This document shows positions 50,285 to 60,560 of a stretch of DNA of 64,000 nt, one piece after another (position 1 is the first letter of the stretch; the number at the start of each line of letters is the position of its first letter). Below the pieces are notes generated by a model. That model did not search any database. It saw nothing but the letters and a program-made list of their open reading frames with translations, and had not been told where the DNA came from. Location of the stretch: NCBI GenBank assembly GCA_965218795.1, contig OZ244653.1, positions 2,528,001 to 2,592,000 on the forward strand, given 5' to 3'. This stretch comes from a bacterium. Its GTDB lineage: Bacteria; UBA8248; JACPRG01; G963555815. The position numbers and the translations under genes were made by a program.

Positions 50285-51355
50285 ATGGATACACAGGCCG
50301 GCGGCCTCCTCGTCATAGGGGTAGCGGCAAAAGCCTTATCGGAGGAAGAAAACAGGGTGATGCGGGACATCCGGCCCGCGGGGGTCATTCTGTTCGCCCG
50401 AAATGCGGAATCTCCCCAACAGCTTCAGGAGCTCTGCGGACAAATTGCTGAATGCATCGGCGAGCCCGGCCGCCCCCCCTTGATTCTTCTCGACCATGAA
50501 GGGGGACGGGTGCACCGGCTGGCCGAGCCGTTCACACATTTTCCGTCCCAGTGGATGCTGGGCAGAGTGGACGACGCTTCCTTGACTGAAGCCGTATTTC
50601 ATGCAATGGCCTCCGAGATTTCGGCCGCAGGAGCGAACGTTCAACTCGGGCCGGTGCTTGACCTGTGGACGCAGCCGGAAAACGAGGTCATCGGCGATCG
50701 GGCATTCAGCGCCCTGCCCGATCTTGCCGTACGCCACGGGACGGCTGCCATGCGGGGGATCCAAGCGGCGGGCCTCCTCCCCGTTGGGAAGCATTTTCCG
50801 GGGCACGGCGATACGCTCGCCGATTCCCATATTGACTTGCCCGAGGCCCATGCGGACCTCGACACGCTGCGAGGGCGCGAGCTCGCTCCCTTTCGAGGGT
50901 TGATTGAAAACGGTCTGCCTTCTGTCATGTCCGCCCATATCCTCGTCCCGGCAATGGATGGGGACCGTCCCGGCACCTTGTCCCCAACAATCATGACCGG
51001 ATTGCTGCGCGAAGAGCTTGGGTTTGAGGGTCTCATATTGACCGACGATATGGAAATGGGCGCGATCACCGAACATCACGACCCGGGCGAGGCAGCCGTC
51101 CTTGCCTTGGATGCGGGGTGCGACCTTCTGCTTTACTGTCACCGTCCGGACCGCCAGCGCGCCGCCCGGGACGCTCTGGAAAAAGCCCTGGGCACAGGAA
51201 GAATCCCGGAAGAACGATTGGATCTGTCGCTGGCGCGAGTCGCCGAGATCCGGAAGGCTCTCGCGGCCCATACATCTCCCGGCCTCGCGGTGATAGGATG
51301 CGACGCCCACAAGGAATTGCTCGGTCATGTCCATGAAAAGGCAAAAAGTTCCTGA
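50285..51355 (+). CDS. nagZ: Beta-N-acetylhexosaminidase (GH3)
   Basis: GVILFARN, DHEGGRV, KHFPGHGDT..DSH and TDD.EMGA motifs. Confidence 0.93.
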   Translation: MDTQAGGLLVIGVAAKALSEEENRVMRDIRPAGVILFARNAESPQQLQELCGQIAECIGEPGRPPLILLDHEGGRVHRLAEPFTHFPSQWMLGRVDDASLTEAVFHAMASEISAAGANVQLGPVLDLWTQPENEVIGDRAFSALPDLAVRHGTAAMRGIQAAGLLPVGKHFPGHGDTLADSHIDLPEAHADLDTLRGRELAPFRGLIENGLPSVMSAHILVPAMDGDRPGTLSPTIMTGLLREELGFEGLILTDDMEMGAITEHHDPGEAAVLALDAGCDLLLYCHRPDRQRAARDALEKALGTGRIPEERLDLSLARVAEIRKALAAHTSPGLAVIGCDAHKELLGHVHEKAKSS

Positions 51356-52165
51356 TGGAAGGTACAAAATAGCGCAGCAATTCGCTCTCTCGTGAGAATT
51401 TCAGGATTCCTGCCTTCGTCGACTCGTTATTTCAGTCCTTGCCGGAACAATGATGAAAGAATAGCCGATTCTTATAACTTACTGAACATATTGGGATTTC
51501 CAGGATTGGACGTCGGAAGTGTCTCCAAATCGCCTGCATTCGGCTCCAGATTCGCTTCCTGCTCAACTCTTTTGGAGGATCGCACCGAGCAAAACGGCTT
51601 CAAAATTGGAATCACCGCCAATTTGTGGGGCAATTTGGTATTTTCCTTGCACCCACCCTCTCACATTTGAACGAATTCTGATAAATCAAATGGAAATCGA
51701 AGAAATTCGACAGAGCCTGAATCGGTCAGGATTTGGCGAATGGCGGAAGTCATCCCGGATTGGGACCGACAACCGGCTCGGGCGGCTCCCGCCATTGGTT
51801 TATAAAGAATCTTCAGTGAAGGGGGGGATCTCACCCCACGCATCGTTGATGTTCTTGGGAGAACCTAACCGACCACGCCTAGAAGTGAAAATTGCTTATT
51901 TTACAGTCTTTTAGGTGATTCTCCCTTAACCGTTCCGTCTCCTTCCAAACATCGAATTCGTTTCGCCTTCAGGACACTATCCTATTCCAGGCCCTACCTA
52001 ATCAGCAACCATTTTACGCCATTTCACAAGATGGTTATTTTCCCGGTATACTAGACGTGCGTAGTTATCTACGCTGCCAAGCAAGGACGGTGGTACAGTC
52101 ATCAATTGATCGCAGGCACTAGTTCTTCAGCGTAAAAACAGTATCGCGTCAGCCGGACTTTGCGA

Positions 52166-53150
52166 ATGAAGAATAATCCTCTTCCAAGACTTGATGAATC
52201 ACCAAACGTTCGGAACAAATTGCTTCCGTATTGTCGTCTTAAATTCGGTGAAATTTGGATCGACAGTATTCGGGGCCACCGTGTCGGGTGCCTTGATGCC
52301 GCCGATGGCAGTGCAATAAAGGACATCATGACCGGTGAGGGGCACAACTGGCAATTCACGATCCGCCCTATAATCTTGCCGCATTCGAACTGAGGTCAAT
52401 TGCGGAGTTTATCGACTGGTGTCGAAGATGGATGTCCTATACGGAGGCCGTGCTAGCTTCCGATTCGTCCCTGTATGTCTGGCTTGGTGCCGATCAGAAT
52501 GATGGCTTCCAGCCGTTACCGGATTCCGTGCTCATGATGCGAGATCAACCGTTTCACCCACGAAGTTATATTACCATGAGGAACCAGCGCGGATATGGCA
52601 CTCAAAAAAACTGGATGGCGATCCGACAGGAGTTACTCTATTACATAAAGGGAAATCCGCGATTCAATGTAGACGCTGAATACACGGATATTCCGAAGGT
52701 CCTTCGCGGATACTATAAACAGGTAAATGGGAAGAGGATGGAAAATCTTGAAAGGAGTCGTTCCAATACGATTCGGGCTGGGAACGTCTGGGTTGATATT
52801 CAGCAGGTCTTTTACCGAATGGAGGAGAACATCTCCGGTTGCTACGCTCAAAAGCCTATAAAGTGCATTGATCGAATTATTCGAGCAAGCTCAACTCCCA
52901 ATGATTTGGTGATTGATTTTTTTGCACACTCTGGAACAACCTTGCTCGCATCCGAGATTCTCGACCGAAGATGTTTCACAATTGACATCGATCCAATCTA
53001 TGCCGAGATCGCCATTCGTCGCCTTGAACGATTTCGCGCATCCGGGCGAATCGGGTGGCAGAATGGGCATCCTTTCGAGGACGATTTACCCAATATCGGG
53101 CTGGACGCTGCTCTCACGCCTGAAACGGCCAGCCAAAGAACGTTGTTCTA
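52166..53150 (+). pseudogene. N4/N6 DNA methyltransferase (beta class), frameshifted; 3' end uncertain
   Basis: One-base loss in the G run at 52339-52342. Restoring it gives AQLAIHDPPYN (motif IV), with QKP and DFFAHSGTT (motif I) downstream. As given, the frame reads on into the next gene. Confidence 0.85.
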
Positions 53151-53162
53151 TGTTTTGATTCT

Positions 53163-53882
53163 ATGGAACATCTCCAGGAAGAACTCAATTCGCTACTGGC
53201 GCAGCTACCAAATAAGGAGGAAATTCAAGACCGACTTGATTCCCTCGTATCGGTTTATCCTTTTAACGAATACGAATACCTTATCTCCACACTGCTCGCA
53301 ATGGACGCTCTCACTCTGGACGGCTATCACGAACTCCGTGACAGCTACATTAGCAGGAATCTCTACCTCTACATCTTTGAAATCAGCGCACCTCGTTCTT
53401 TTGGGGAAACCTGGGCGCAAGGCCGCTTGAAGGAATTGGTACCGGACCTGCCAAAACCATCAAAGAAAACTGATCCATCCTACTCGGGACAATACGACCT
53501 TTACCTTGAGGGTATTCGTATCGAGGTCAAAGCATCGCGCGCGGTAGACGCAAATATGGATGAGCCACTTTACGTCAAAGCGCTCGCCTCAGATTCAAGC
53601 AAGGACTTTTGGATGAATTTTCAACAAATGAAGCCGAGTTGTTGCGATGTTTTTGTGTGGATTGCGGTGTGGCGTGACATTATTCGGTATTGGGTTCTGT
53701 CTTCATATGAAGTTGAAACAAACCATTACTATTCTAAAGGCCAGCACCGTGGCAATGTCGGCGAAGGCCAGCTTCATATCAGACATGACAACATCCAATA
53801 TTTCGCAAATTATGAAGTGAAATCCAACAAGCTCGAAGAAGCGATTCGTGCAGCATATGACCGGCAAGCCGAAGAGCAATAA
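53163..53882 (+). CDS. Putative type II restriction endonuclease (PD-(D/E)XK)
   Basis: FGE.W...YD...IEVKAS nuclease core and FQQ.KP; directly follows the MTase in an AT-richer segment. Confidence 0.72.
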   Translation: MEHLQEELNSLLAQLPNKEEIQDRLDSLVSVYPFNEYEYLISTLLAMDALTLDGYHELRDSYISRNLYLYIFEISAPRSFGETWAQGRLKELVPDLPKPSKKTDPSYSGQYDLYLEGIRIEVKASRAVDANMDEPLYVKALASDSSKDFWMNFQQMKPSCCDVFVWIAVWRDIIRYWVLSSYEVETNHYYSKGQHRGNVGEGQLHIRHDNIQYFANYEVKSNKLEEAIRAAYDRQAEEQ

Positions 53883-54381
53883 CTGCGTCCCACTCCAATT
53901 GAGTGAACAGCCGTTGCACCGGAAATGATATCACCGGATCGTAAGGCGAACAACCGCCCCTGGAGCTATCCGAGTAGTGCAGTGTCGCTTCAAGCGACTC
54001 GCAGCGTAACTTAAAGTCGATCACCTGCGTCAAGACTTACCCAGCATCGCCGGTTGCCGAAAGTCGGTGCAAATGATTAGGCAATCCAAACAGTCCAGCT
54101 TGTCTTATCAAATTTTTCTCCGATGGACAACCGCAGGGAAGCATAGTGAAACCAAAATCGAATTTTCCTCTGAGGTTCGGAAAAGATCGGGTTTGCCGCT
54201 CAATCGCCGCTCGGACTGCAATCCCTTGCGGCAACCGAGCTTCCGGCAGATCGCGAATGCGTAGGCGATGCTCGTTTCCACCACCTTATGGCGGAAGCTA
54301 TCTCACACACCACGGCAAATCGCCGAATTGACGGTGAAGGGATTCAGGGATGAATGCCCGGCAATAAAGAACCGGGGCCGC

Positions 54382-56820
54382 TCAGGCGGGTACAGAGACC
54401 TTTTCCAGCTCGATGCGGCAATCGTTGAAAGCGGCCCCTTCCGAATATCCCGTCGTACGGTCCGGGGTGAGGAAATTGGCCGCGCCCAGATCGGGCGAGC
54501 CCCCCGAATACACCCGCACCGTCCCGGGAGAGGTGTTCGCTGTGACTTCGACCTCGATCTCGGTCTCGCCCCGGTCGTTGAACAGACGGACACGGTCGCC
54601 GTCCTGGATACCGCGGGAAGAGGCGTCCTCGGGATGCACCCAAGCCCGGTTGTACCCCAGACGCTGGAGCTTTTCGTGATTAGAAAACGTCGAATGGGCC
54701 CGGAAGATGGATTTCGGCGACACGAGCGTCAAGGGGAACGGTGAACCCGCCTTTTCCCGATGATCCCGTCCCTGCTCAAGGCCAGTCGAAGCCTCGCCGT
54801 CAGCCGCCCATTCGGGAAGGGGTGAGGCACCCCACGAGAGCACCTGCTCGCTGTATAACTCGATCTTCCCCGATGGCGTATCCACCTCCCAGGTGTCTTC
54901 CAGTGGGGGCATGTCCACGTCCAGGATGCCTTCGCGATCCAGCCGCTCCATGGTCACGTCCCGGAGCCACGGAAAGCGGGGGTCGTTCCGAGCCAGCTCG
55001 ACGACCTCCTCCACCCATTCGTCCGACGTCCTCCAGGGGAACTCCTCTCCATAACCCATGCGCCGCGCCAAGCCGCAAATGATCTCGAAATCGTCCCGGC
55101 TCTCTCCCCTCGGCTCGACGGCCCGGCGGGCGAAGAAGAGCTGCCGCCGGGGATCGAGGTGGCGAAGGTCCTGAATGTGCGTCGGCGCGACCTCGCTCCC
55201 CTCGATGATGCTCGTCCGTTCGAGGAACGTGGAAACCGGGAGGAACACATCCGCGTACTGGGCCGTGGGGGTCATGAAGAGGTCTGAGACGGCCACGAAA
55301 TCAAGGGCCTTCAACGCCCGGATGGTCTTCCGTCCGTCCGGATTCTGGCTGACGGGATTTCCCCACATGACGAGCAACGCGTGCAGGTCCGTCCCGTAGG
55401 TCTCAGGGTTCAGCACGGCTTCGGCCAGACGGCTGACCGGGAACCGATCCTTCACCGGGTTGGGGACGGCATAGCGCATCGCAGTGTCCGAAATGCCGAT
55501 GGCATAGAACCGCCTGAGGCCGACGGGGTCTTCCGCGCGAGCCAGGGGCTTCTGCTGGCCGGGCGCCGCCATCCCGCGAACCCGTCCGGTGACAACGTTC
55601 AACAGGGCAATGGCCTGAACGGCGGCCTCTCCGCTCCGGTTTCGCTGATAGCCCCCCTGGGAGACCTTCACTTTGGCCTGTCTCGATTTCCCCAGGAGCG
55701 CCGCGGTCTGCCGAATCACAGCCTCTGAGAGGCCGCACACCGAGGCTGCCTTCTCCGCGGGCCAAACCTCCGCCGCTTCCCGAAGCCTGAGATAACCCGT
55801 CCGGCAGGCGATCCCGCCTGGAGAAGCCGAGGCGGTCAGCGCGGCGTCCAATCCGGGGGGGGAGTCCGGCCCGGGCGGAACCGGATGCAGGCGGCCCGCC
55901 GCGTCGGAGACCATAGGCGCATCGGAGCCGCGCTGGACGACGTCTTTTTCGCGGAGAAACCGGCCCGTGTCCTCCCGCACCAGGAGCGGGGCGTTCGTAT
56001 GACCCGCCAGGAAGTCTTGATCGTCCCATCCGTTGGCGAAGATCTCGTTCAGCAGGGCCAAGGCCAGGGGCACATCCGTTCCGGGCCGAACAGCCAGATG
56101 GACATCAGCCAGTCGCTGTACGGAGAGACTCCGGACGGGATCGACGAAGACGATCTTCGTCCCCTTCCTTCTCGCCCGCTTCAACGACTGGGCGGGGCCC
56201 CGAACGCCCGTCTCCAGAGGATTGTACCCCCAGATGACGACAGCTTCGCAGTCTTCGTCCGGCGGAAGCGACACGTGCCATGAGCCGTACAGGGCCGCCG
56301 AGGCCTCCACGTACGCGGCCCAGCAGAGGTCGCCGCGTTCCGAGGCCGGAACGAATCCTCCCCACAGGTTGAGCAGGCGGTGGATGCTGAACTTGGCGCC
56401 CTTGGAGCCGCCGGGCAGTCCGTGCTGGCCGACATAATTGTAGAGCGCCACCGCGCGGTTCCCATACCTGGATTTCACGCGCTCAAGACCCTCTGCCACG
56501 ATATCCAGGGCCTCCTCCCAAGAGATTTGGCTCCATTCCCCCGAACCGCGGGGCCCGGTCCGCTTCATGGGCGAGAGGATGCGATCCGGATGGTTCAACC
56601 GGTCGATGAGCTGGAATCCCTTGATGCAGGGCGGGAACCTCATCTTTGGATGCGCCCGCAGCTTGACCGGCAGGCCGTCCGCCATCTCCACCAGCAGGCT
56701 GCAAGGGTGGTTGCCGCAGTGAGGCGCGCAGAGCGTGCTTTTTGGTTCCATGATCAAAGGATACTCCGGATCCGGGGGCTCATGGCCCCGGAAACCCCGT
56801 GGCTTCCCGGCATCTGCCAT
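54382..56820 (-). CDS. Molybdopterin (bis-MGD) oxidoreductase, DMSO reductase superfamily
   Basis: CAPHCGNHPC...CIKG, R.GPRGSG, WG.NP, PGTD, TPSGKIE, HSTF and HPEDA..RGI.DGD motifs; no twin-arginine signal seen. Confidence 0.92.
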   Translation of the reverse strand: MADAGKPRGFRGHEPPDPEYPLIMEPKSTLCAPHCGNHPCSLLVEMADGLPVKLRAHPKMRFPPCIKGFQLIDRLNHPDRILSPMKRTGPRGSGEWSQISWEEALDIVAEGLERVKSRYGNRAVALYNYVGQHGLPGGSKGAKFSIHRLLNLWGGFVPASERGDLCWAAYVEASAALYGSWHVSLPPDEDCEAVVIWGYNPLETGVRGPAQSLKRARRKGTKIVFVDPVRSLSVQRLADVHLAVRPGTDVPLALALLNEIFANGWDDQDFLAGHTNAPLLVREDTGRFLREKDVVQRGSDAPMVSDAAGRLHPVPPGPDSPPGLDAALTASASPGGIACRTGYLRLREAAEVWPAEKAASVCGLSEAVIRQTAALLGKSRQAKVKVSQGGYQRNRSGEAAVQAIALLNVVTGRVRGMAAPGQQKPLARAEDPVGLRRFYAIGISDTAMRYAVPNPVKDRFPVSRLAEAVLNPETYGTDLHALLVMWGNPVSQNPDGRKTIRALKALDFVAVSDLFMTPTAQYADVFLPVSTFLERTSIIEGSEVAPTHIQDLRHLDPRRQLFFARRAVEPRGESRDDFEIICGLARRMGYGEEFPWRTSDEWVEEVVELARNDPRFPWLRDVTMERLDREGILDVDMPPLEDTWEVDTPSGKIELYSEQVLSWGASPLPEWAADGEASTGLEQGRDHREKAGSPFPLTLVSPKSIFRAHSTFSNHEKLQRLGYNRAWVHPEDASSRGIQDGDRVRLFNDRGETEIEVEVTANTSPGTVRVYSGGSPDLGAANFLTPDRTTGYSEGAAFNDCRIELEKVSVPA

Positions 56821-57048
56821 GCGCCGGGTCAGAATGACGATTTTCTATTGTAACCCAGTTCAATGGGAATGAGCCATCCGGAGAGGACGATGAAGGTCAT
56901 GTCCACGAGGGCGATCTTCAGCTTGCCCTTCATACAGAGAAGCCTCGGCTTCATCTGCGGCTTCACGCTGATGACGGCAATGGACAACGCGCTCGGCTGA
57001 CGCGAAGGCTGTCCCTTGCCCCCTTCCGTGCTGGGCTATAATGCGCTG

Positions 57049-57918
57049 ATGTTTTCCTGGATGCCCACCGAAGCCGCAGCTATCCTGGTTTCGCTTATTT
57101 TCGCCATTCGGAACATCATCGTCCGGGCCGGGCAGCAATACGCCACTCCCCTCATCAGCACATTCGCCGTCACGCTGATCACATCGGTATTTCTCGTCCC
57201 CTTGACGCTTTACGAATGGTCGGGATATCTGATCAACTGGACGGGGATTTTCTGGTTCGTCATGGCGGGCGTGACCGCTCCGGGCCTCGCGCTGTTGCTT
57301 TACTTCGCCAGCGTCCAGCGTATCGGGGTGGCGCGGGCTTCTCCCATTGCCAGCATCCAGCCGCTGATCTCCCTCGTCATCGCCGTGATCTTTCTCGGCG
57401 AGCGTCCGAGCATCCCCGTGTACATCGGCTCCCTTATGGTGGTGGGAGGGGTTGTCGTCCTGACCAGCGAGAAGGGGCAGCTCCGCTGGACGCTGAAAGA
57501 AATTTCCATCCCCCTGCTGGCCTCGATGTTTTGGGGCGTATCCACCATTTTCCGGAAGCTGGGGATGAATGCGACCCCCTGGCCGTCCTTCGGCGGTCTG
57601 GTCATTGCCATTGCGGCCCTGGCGACCCTTGTGGCGGCATCGCCGATGTTCGAGCGGGGGAACCGATGGCGGCTCGAGCGGCCCGGGGTGCCTTACCTTC
57701 TGGCTGCCGGTTTGTTTCTCGGAGCGGGATTCTACTTCCACATGTTCGCCCTCGGGCTGGGGATGGTGGCGCGCGTTGCGCCGCTCGCAAACTCCTCTCC
57801 CGTGATGACCGTCATCCTGACGGCGATATTTCTCCGCCGTATCGAGGTCGTGACGGCCCGGGTGCTCCTTTCCACGTTCGTCATTTTCGCCGGCGGGGCG
57901 TTGATTACAGTCTACTAG
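57049..57918 (+). CDS. DMT/EamA family transporter
   Basis: Two repeats of about five TM helices; FLGER motif. Confidence 0.88.
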   Translation: MFSWMPTEAAAILVSLIFAIRNIIVRAGQQYATPLISTFAVTLITSVFLVPLTLYEWSGYLINWTGIFWFVMAGVTAPGLALLLYFASVQRIGVARASPIASIQPLISLVIAVIFLGERPSIPVYIGSLMVVGGVVVLTSEKGQLRWTLKEISIPLLASMFWGVSTIFRKLGMNATPWPSFGGLVIAIAALATLVAASPMFERGNRWRLERPGVPYLLAAGLFLGAGFYFHMFALGLGMVARVAPLANSSPVMTVILTAIFLRRIEVVTARVLLSTFVIFAGGALITVY

Positions 57919-58042
57919 CACTCGGCAGGCGATTCCTACCAGCAAAAACGTGTAAAATTGACGCACCGGGGGGAGCGACCCAACGCGGTCCGTTTGATCG
58001 CTCTGATTCGTCTCCTCACGGTCATGCCAATGGAGGCGCCCC

Positions 58043-59239
58043 ATGCTCAAGGCAACCAAGGATATCGCGCTGGCGACCACAATCACCGGCTCCCTGCCCC
58101 GCCCATCCTGGTACACGGCCAACCTCGCCGGGAGACCCTTTCGACAGGCCATGGCCGAAAGCGTTTTCCGCGAACAATACAACGATGCGGTTTCCTGCTT
58201 CATTCGGGATCAGGAACGCGCGGGGCTCGACATCCTCACGGACGGCGACTGCCGATTCGATACCGACGTCGGGGGACGGTCATGGGTGACCTACCCCGCC
58301 CAGCGGATCAACGGCATGACGGGCTACGACCACACCACCCGGCACACGAATTGGGGAGGGACGGCGCCGGGCGAGCTTCTCTATGAGGTCCTCGAGGCCA
58401 GGATGCTCCCCATCGTGACCGAAAAGGTGAGCCGGGGACCGCTGGAGTTCGGCCCGGTTTGGAAAGCGGCCCAGAAGATGACCCGGAAGCCCGTCAAGTT
58501 CGGAACGATCACGGCCGAATGCCTCGAATCCACCTGCGGCAACGAGTACTACGAAGACCGGCGGGAGCTTGTCATGGACTTGGCGGCGTTGCTCAATGCG
58601 GAGGCCCTGGACCTGGCCAGGGCGGGCTGCCCCATCGTTCAGATGGAGGAACCTTGGGTCCACCGTCTCCAGCACCATGAAGATGATCGGGGAATGGGGA
58701 TCGATTTCTACGTTGACGCCTTCAACCGGACGGTACAGGGCCTCGGCGAGCTGACAGAGGTCTGGTGCCACACCTGTTGGGGAAGCCCGGCCGCCCAGCG
58801 CTTTTACGATGAAGGAGAGCAGAGATACGCCCGGTCTCTGGAAAAGCTGAACCGGCTTCAGGCTGATGTGATCACCGTGGAGGCCGCCAATTCGCCCGAA
58901 TGGGAGTTCGAGGCCATCGGGAAGACGATCGCCGAGAAGAAAATCGCAATCGGCGTGGTGGACCACCGAACCCTTCAAATCGAAACCCCTGAACAAATCG
59001 CCCGCATGGTTCGCGAGGCTTTGAAACACATCCCCCCCGAACGCCTGATCCTTTCCTCCAACTGCGGTTTCGGCCGGGAGGGAATGAGCCGGCGCCACGC
59101 CTTCTACAAAATGGCAGCCATTGTCCGCGGCGGGAATATCGTCCGGCGGGAGCTCGGGATTTCCGAGGCCGACTGTCTGGCCGAAGACCCCCGCTTCCTC
59201 CTCGTGGACAAGGATGAGCGCCCGTATCCGCCGCAATGA
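58043..59239 (+). CDS. Cobalamin-independent methionine synthase II (MetE C-terminal-like) family protein, copy A
   Basis: TGSLPRP, QERAGLDILTDG, Q.EEP, zinc ligands HTCWG and SNCGFG. Confidence 0.9.
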   Translation: MLKATKDIALATTITGSLPRPSWYTANLAGRPFRQAMAESVFREQYNDAVSCFIRDQERAGLDILTDGDCRFDTDVGGRSWVTYPAQRINGMTGYDHTTRHTNWGGTAPGELLYEVLEARMLPIVTEKVSRGPLEFGPVWKAAQKMTRKPVKFGTITAECLESTCGNEYYEDRRELVMDLAALLNAEALDLARAGCPIVQMEEPWVHRLQHHEDDRGMGIDFYVDAFNRTVQGLGELTEVWCHTCWGSPAAQRFYDEGEQRYARSLEKLNRLQADVITVEAANSPEWEFEAIGKTIAEKKIAIGVVDHRTLQIETPEQIARMVREALKHIPPERLILSSNCGFGREGMSRRHAFYKMAAIVRGGNIVRRELGISEADCLAEDPRFLLVDKDERPYPPQ

Positions 59240-59290
59240 GCGCAAATCGACACGACGGCCTGACGATGTGAATCCGGGAGAGCCATCCAT

Positions 59291-60469
59291 TTGATCACAG
59301 CGACCCAAGACATCCCCCTGGCCACCACGATTACGGGTTCCCTTCCCCGCCCTTCCTGGTTTACCGCCCGATTGGGGGAAAGGCCATTCCGGCTGGCTAT
59401 GGCCGAGAGCGTCTTCCGCGAGCAGTACGGCGACGCGGTGGCCTGCTACCTGAGCGATCAAGAGCGGGCGGGACTGGACATCCTGACGGACGGAGACTGC
59501 CGGTTCGATACGGACGTGGCCGGAGGCGGCTGGGCGCTGTACCCGGCCCGGCGCATCCAGGGAATGACGGGCTACGTCCATACGCCGGAGCAGACGAATC
59601 AGGGCGGATCGAAACCCGGTGACCTGGTGTACGAGGTTCTCGAGGCCCGCATGCCGCCGATGGCGACGAGCAAACTCGGCCGCGGACCGTTGGAGTACGG
59701 TCCCATCTGGAAGACCGCGCAAAAAATGACGCGCCGGCCCGTCAAATTTGGAACCATTACGGCGGAATGCCTCTCGTCCCATTGCGGCAACGAGTTCTAC
59801 AAAGACCGGCAGGAGATGATCATGGACATGGCGGCCGTCCTGAACGAAGAGCTTCTGGATCTGGCCCAAGCCGGCTGCCCCGTCATCCAGATGGAAGAGC
59901 CCGTGGTCCACCGCCTGGACTACCATGAGGGCGATCAGAGGGCGGATTTCCATATCCAGGCGTTCAATCGTACCGTTCAGGGGTTGAGGGAACGGACGGA
60001 GGTCTGGTGCCACACCTGCTGGGGGAGCCCGGCATCCCAGCGCTTCTACGGCGAGGGCGATCAAACCTATGCCCGCTCCCTTGAAACGCTGAACGAGCTC
60101 GACACGGACGCGCTCACCTTCGAGTTTGCCAGCTCGCCCGAGTGGGAGTTCGAGGCCATCGGGAGCGTGATCCAGGAAAAGAAAATCGCCATCGGCGTCG
60201 TGAGCCACCGGACGCTTCAGGTGGAATCACCGGAAGAGGTGGCCCGAATGGTCCGCGAGGCGCTGAAGCACATCCCGCCCGAGCGCTTGATCCTGTCATC
60301 CGATTGCGGGTTCGGCCGCGAGGGGGTGAGCCGCCGCCATGCCTTTTACAAAATGGCGGCCATCGTCCGGGGGGCCAACATCGTCCGCAGGGAGCTGGGC
60401 CTGCCCGAGGCCGTCTGCCTGGCCGAGGATTCAAAGTTTACGCTGGTGGAAAGCGGACCGGATCCGTAG
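59291..60469 (+). CDS. Cobalamin-independent methionine synthase II family protein, copy B
   Basis: Colinear paralog of copy A with HTCWG and SDCGFG; TTG start after GGGAG. Confidence 0.9.
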   Translation: MITATQDIPLATTITGSLPRPSWFTARLGERPFRLAMAESVFREQYGDAVACYLSDQERAGLDILTDGDCRFDTDVAGGGWALYPARRIQGMTGYVHTPEQTNQGGSKPGDLVYEVLEARMPPMATSKLGRGPLEYGPIWKTAQKMTRRPVKFGTITAECLSSHCGNEFYKDRQEMIMDMAAVLNEELLDLAQAGCPVIQMEEPVVHRLDYHEGDQRADFHIQAFNRTVQGLRERTEVWCHTCWGSPASQRFYGEGDQTYARSLETLNELDTDALTFEFASSPEWEFEAIGSVIQEKKIAIGVVSHRTLQVESPEEVARMVREALKHIPPERLILSSDCGFGREGVSRRHAFYKMAAIVRGANIVRRELGLPEAVCLAEDSKFTLVESGPDP

Positions 60470-60497
60470 TCCGGCCGGACCCGGTCCGGCTCCAGTA

Positions 60498-60527
60498 GAA
60501 ACGCCCGGGCTCAGGCCCGGGCGTTTC
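60498..60527. terminator. Hairpin between convergent genes (likely bidirectional terminator)
   Basis: Perfect 13-bp stem GAAACGCCCGGGC-TCAG-GCCCGGGCGTTTC. Confidence 0.7.
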
Positions 60528-60560
60528 GGATGGATGCCTCCGCTCGGCATTCCCCTTCCG

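Noticed and set aside
51856-51926. Imperfect inverted repeat GGGAGAACCTAA / TTAGGTGATTCTCCC near the R-M islet
   Set aside because: Short, gapped and single; cannot be supported as an IS end or att site.
53876-54010. Possible attC site after the nuclease gene
   Set aside because: No convincing RYYYAAC/GTTRRRY pair with internal L boxes, and no integrase or cassette array.
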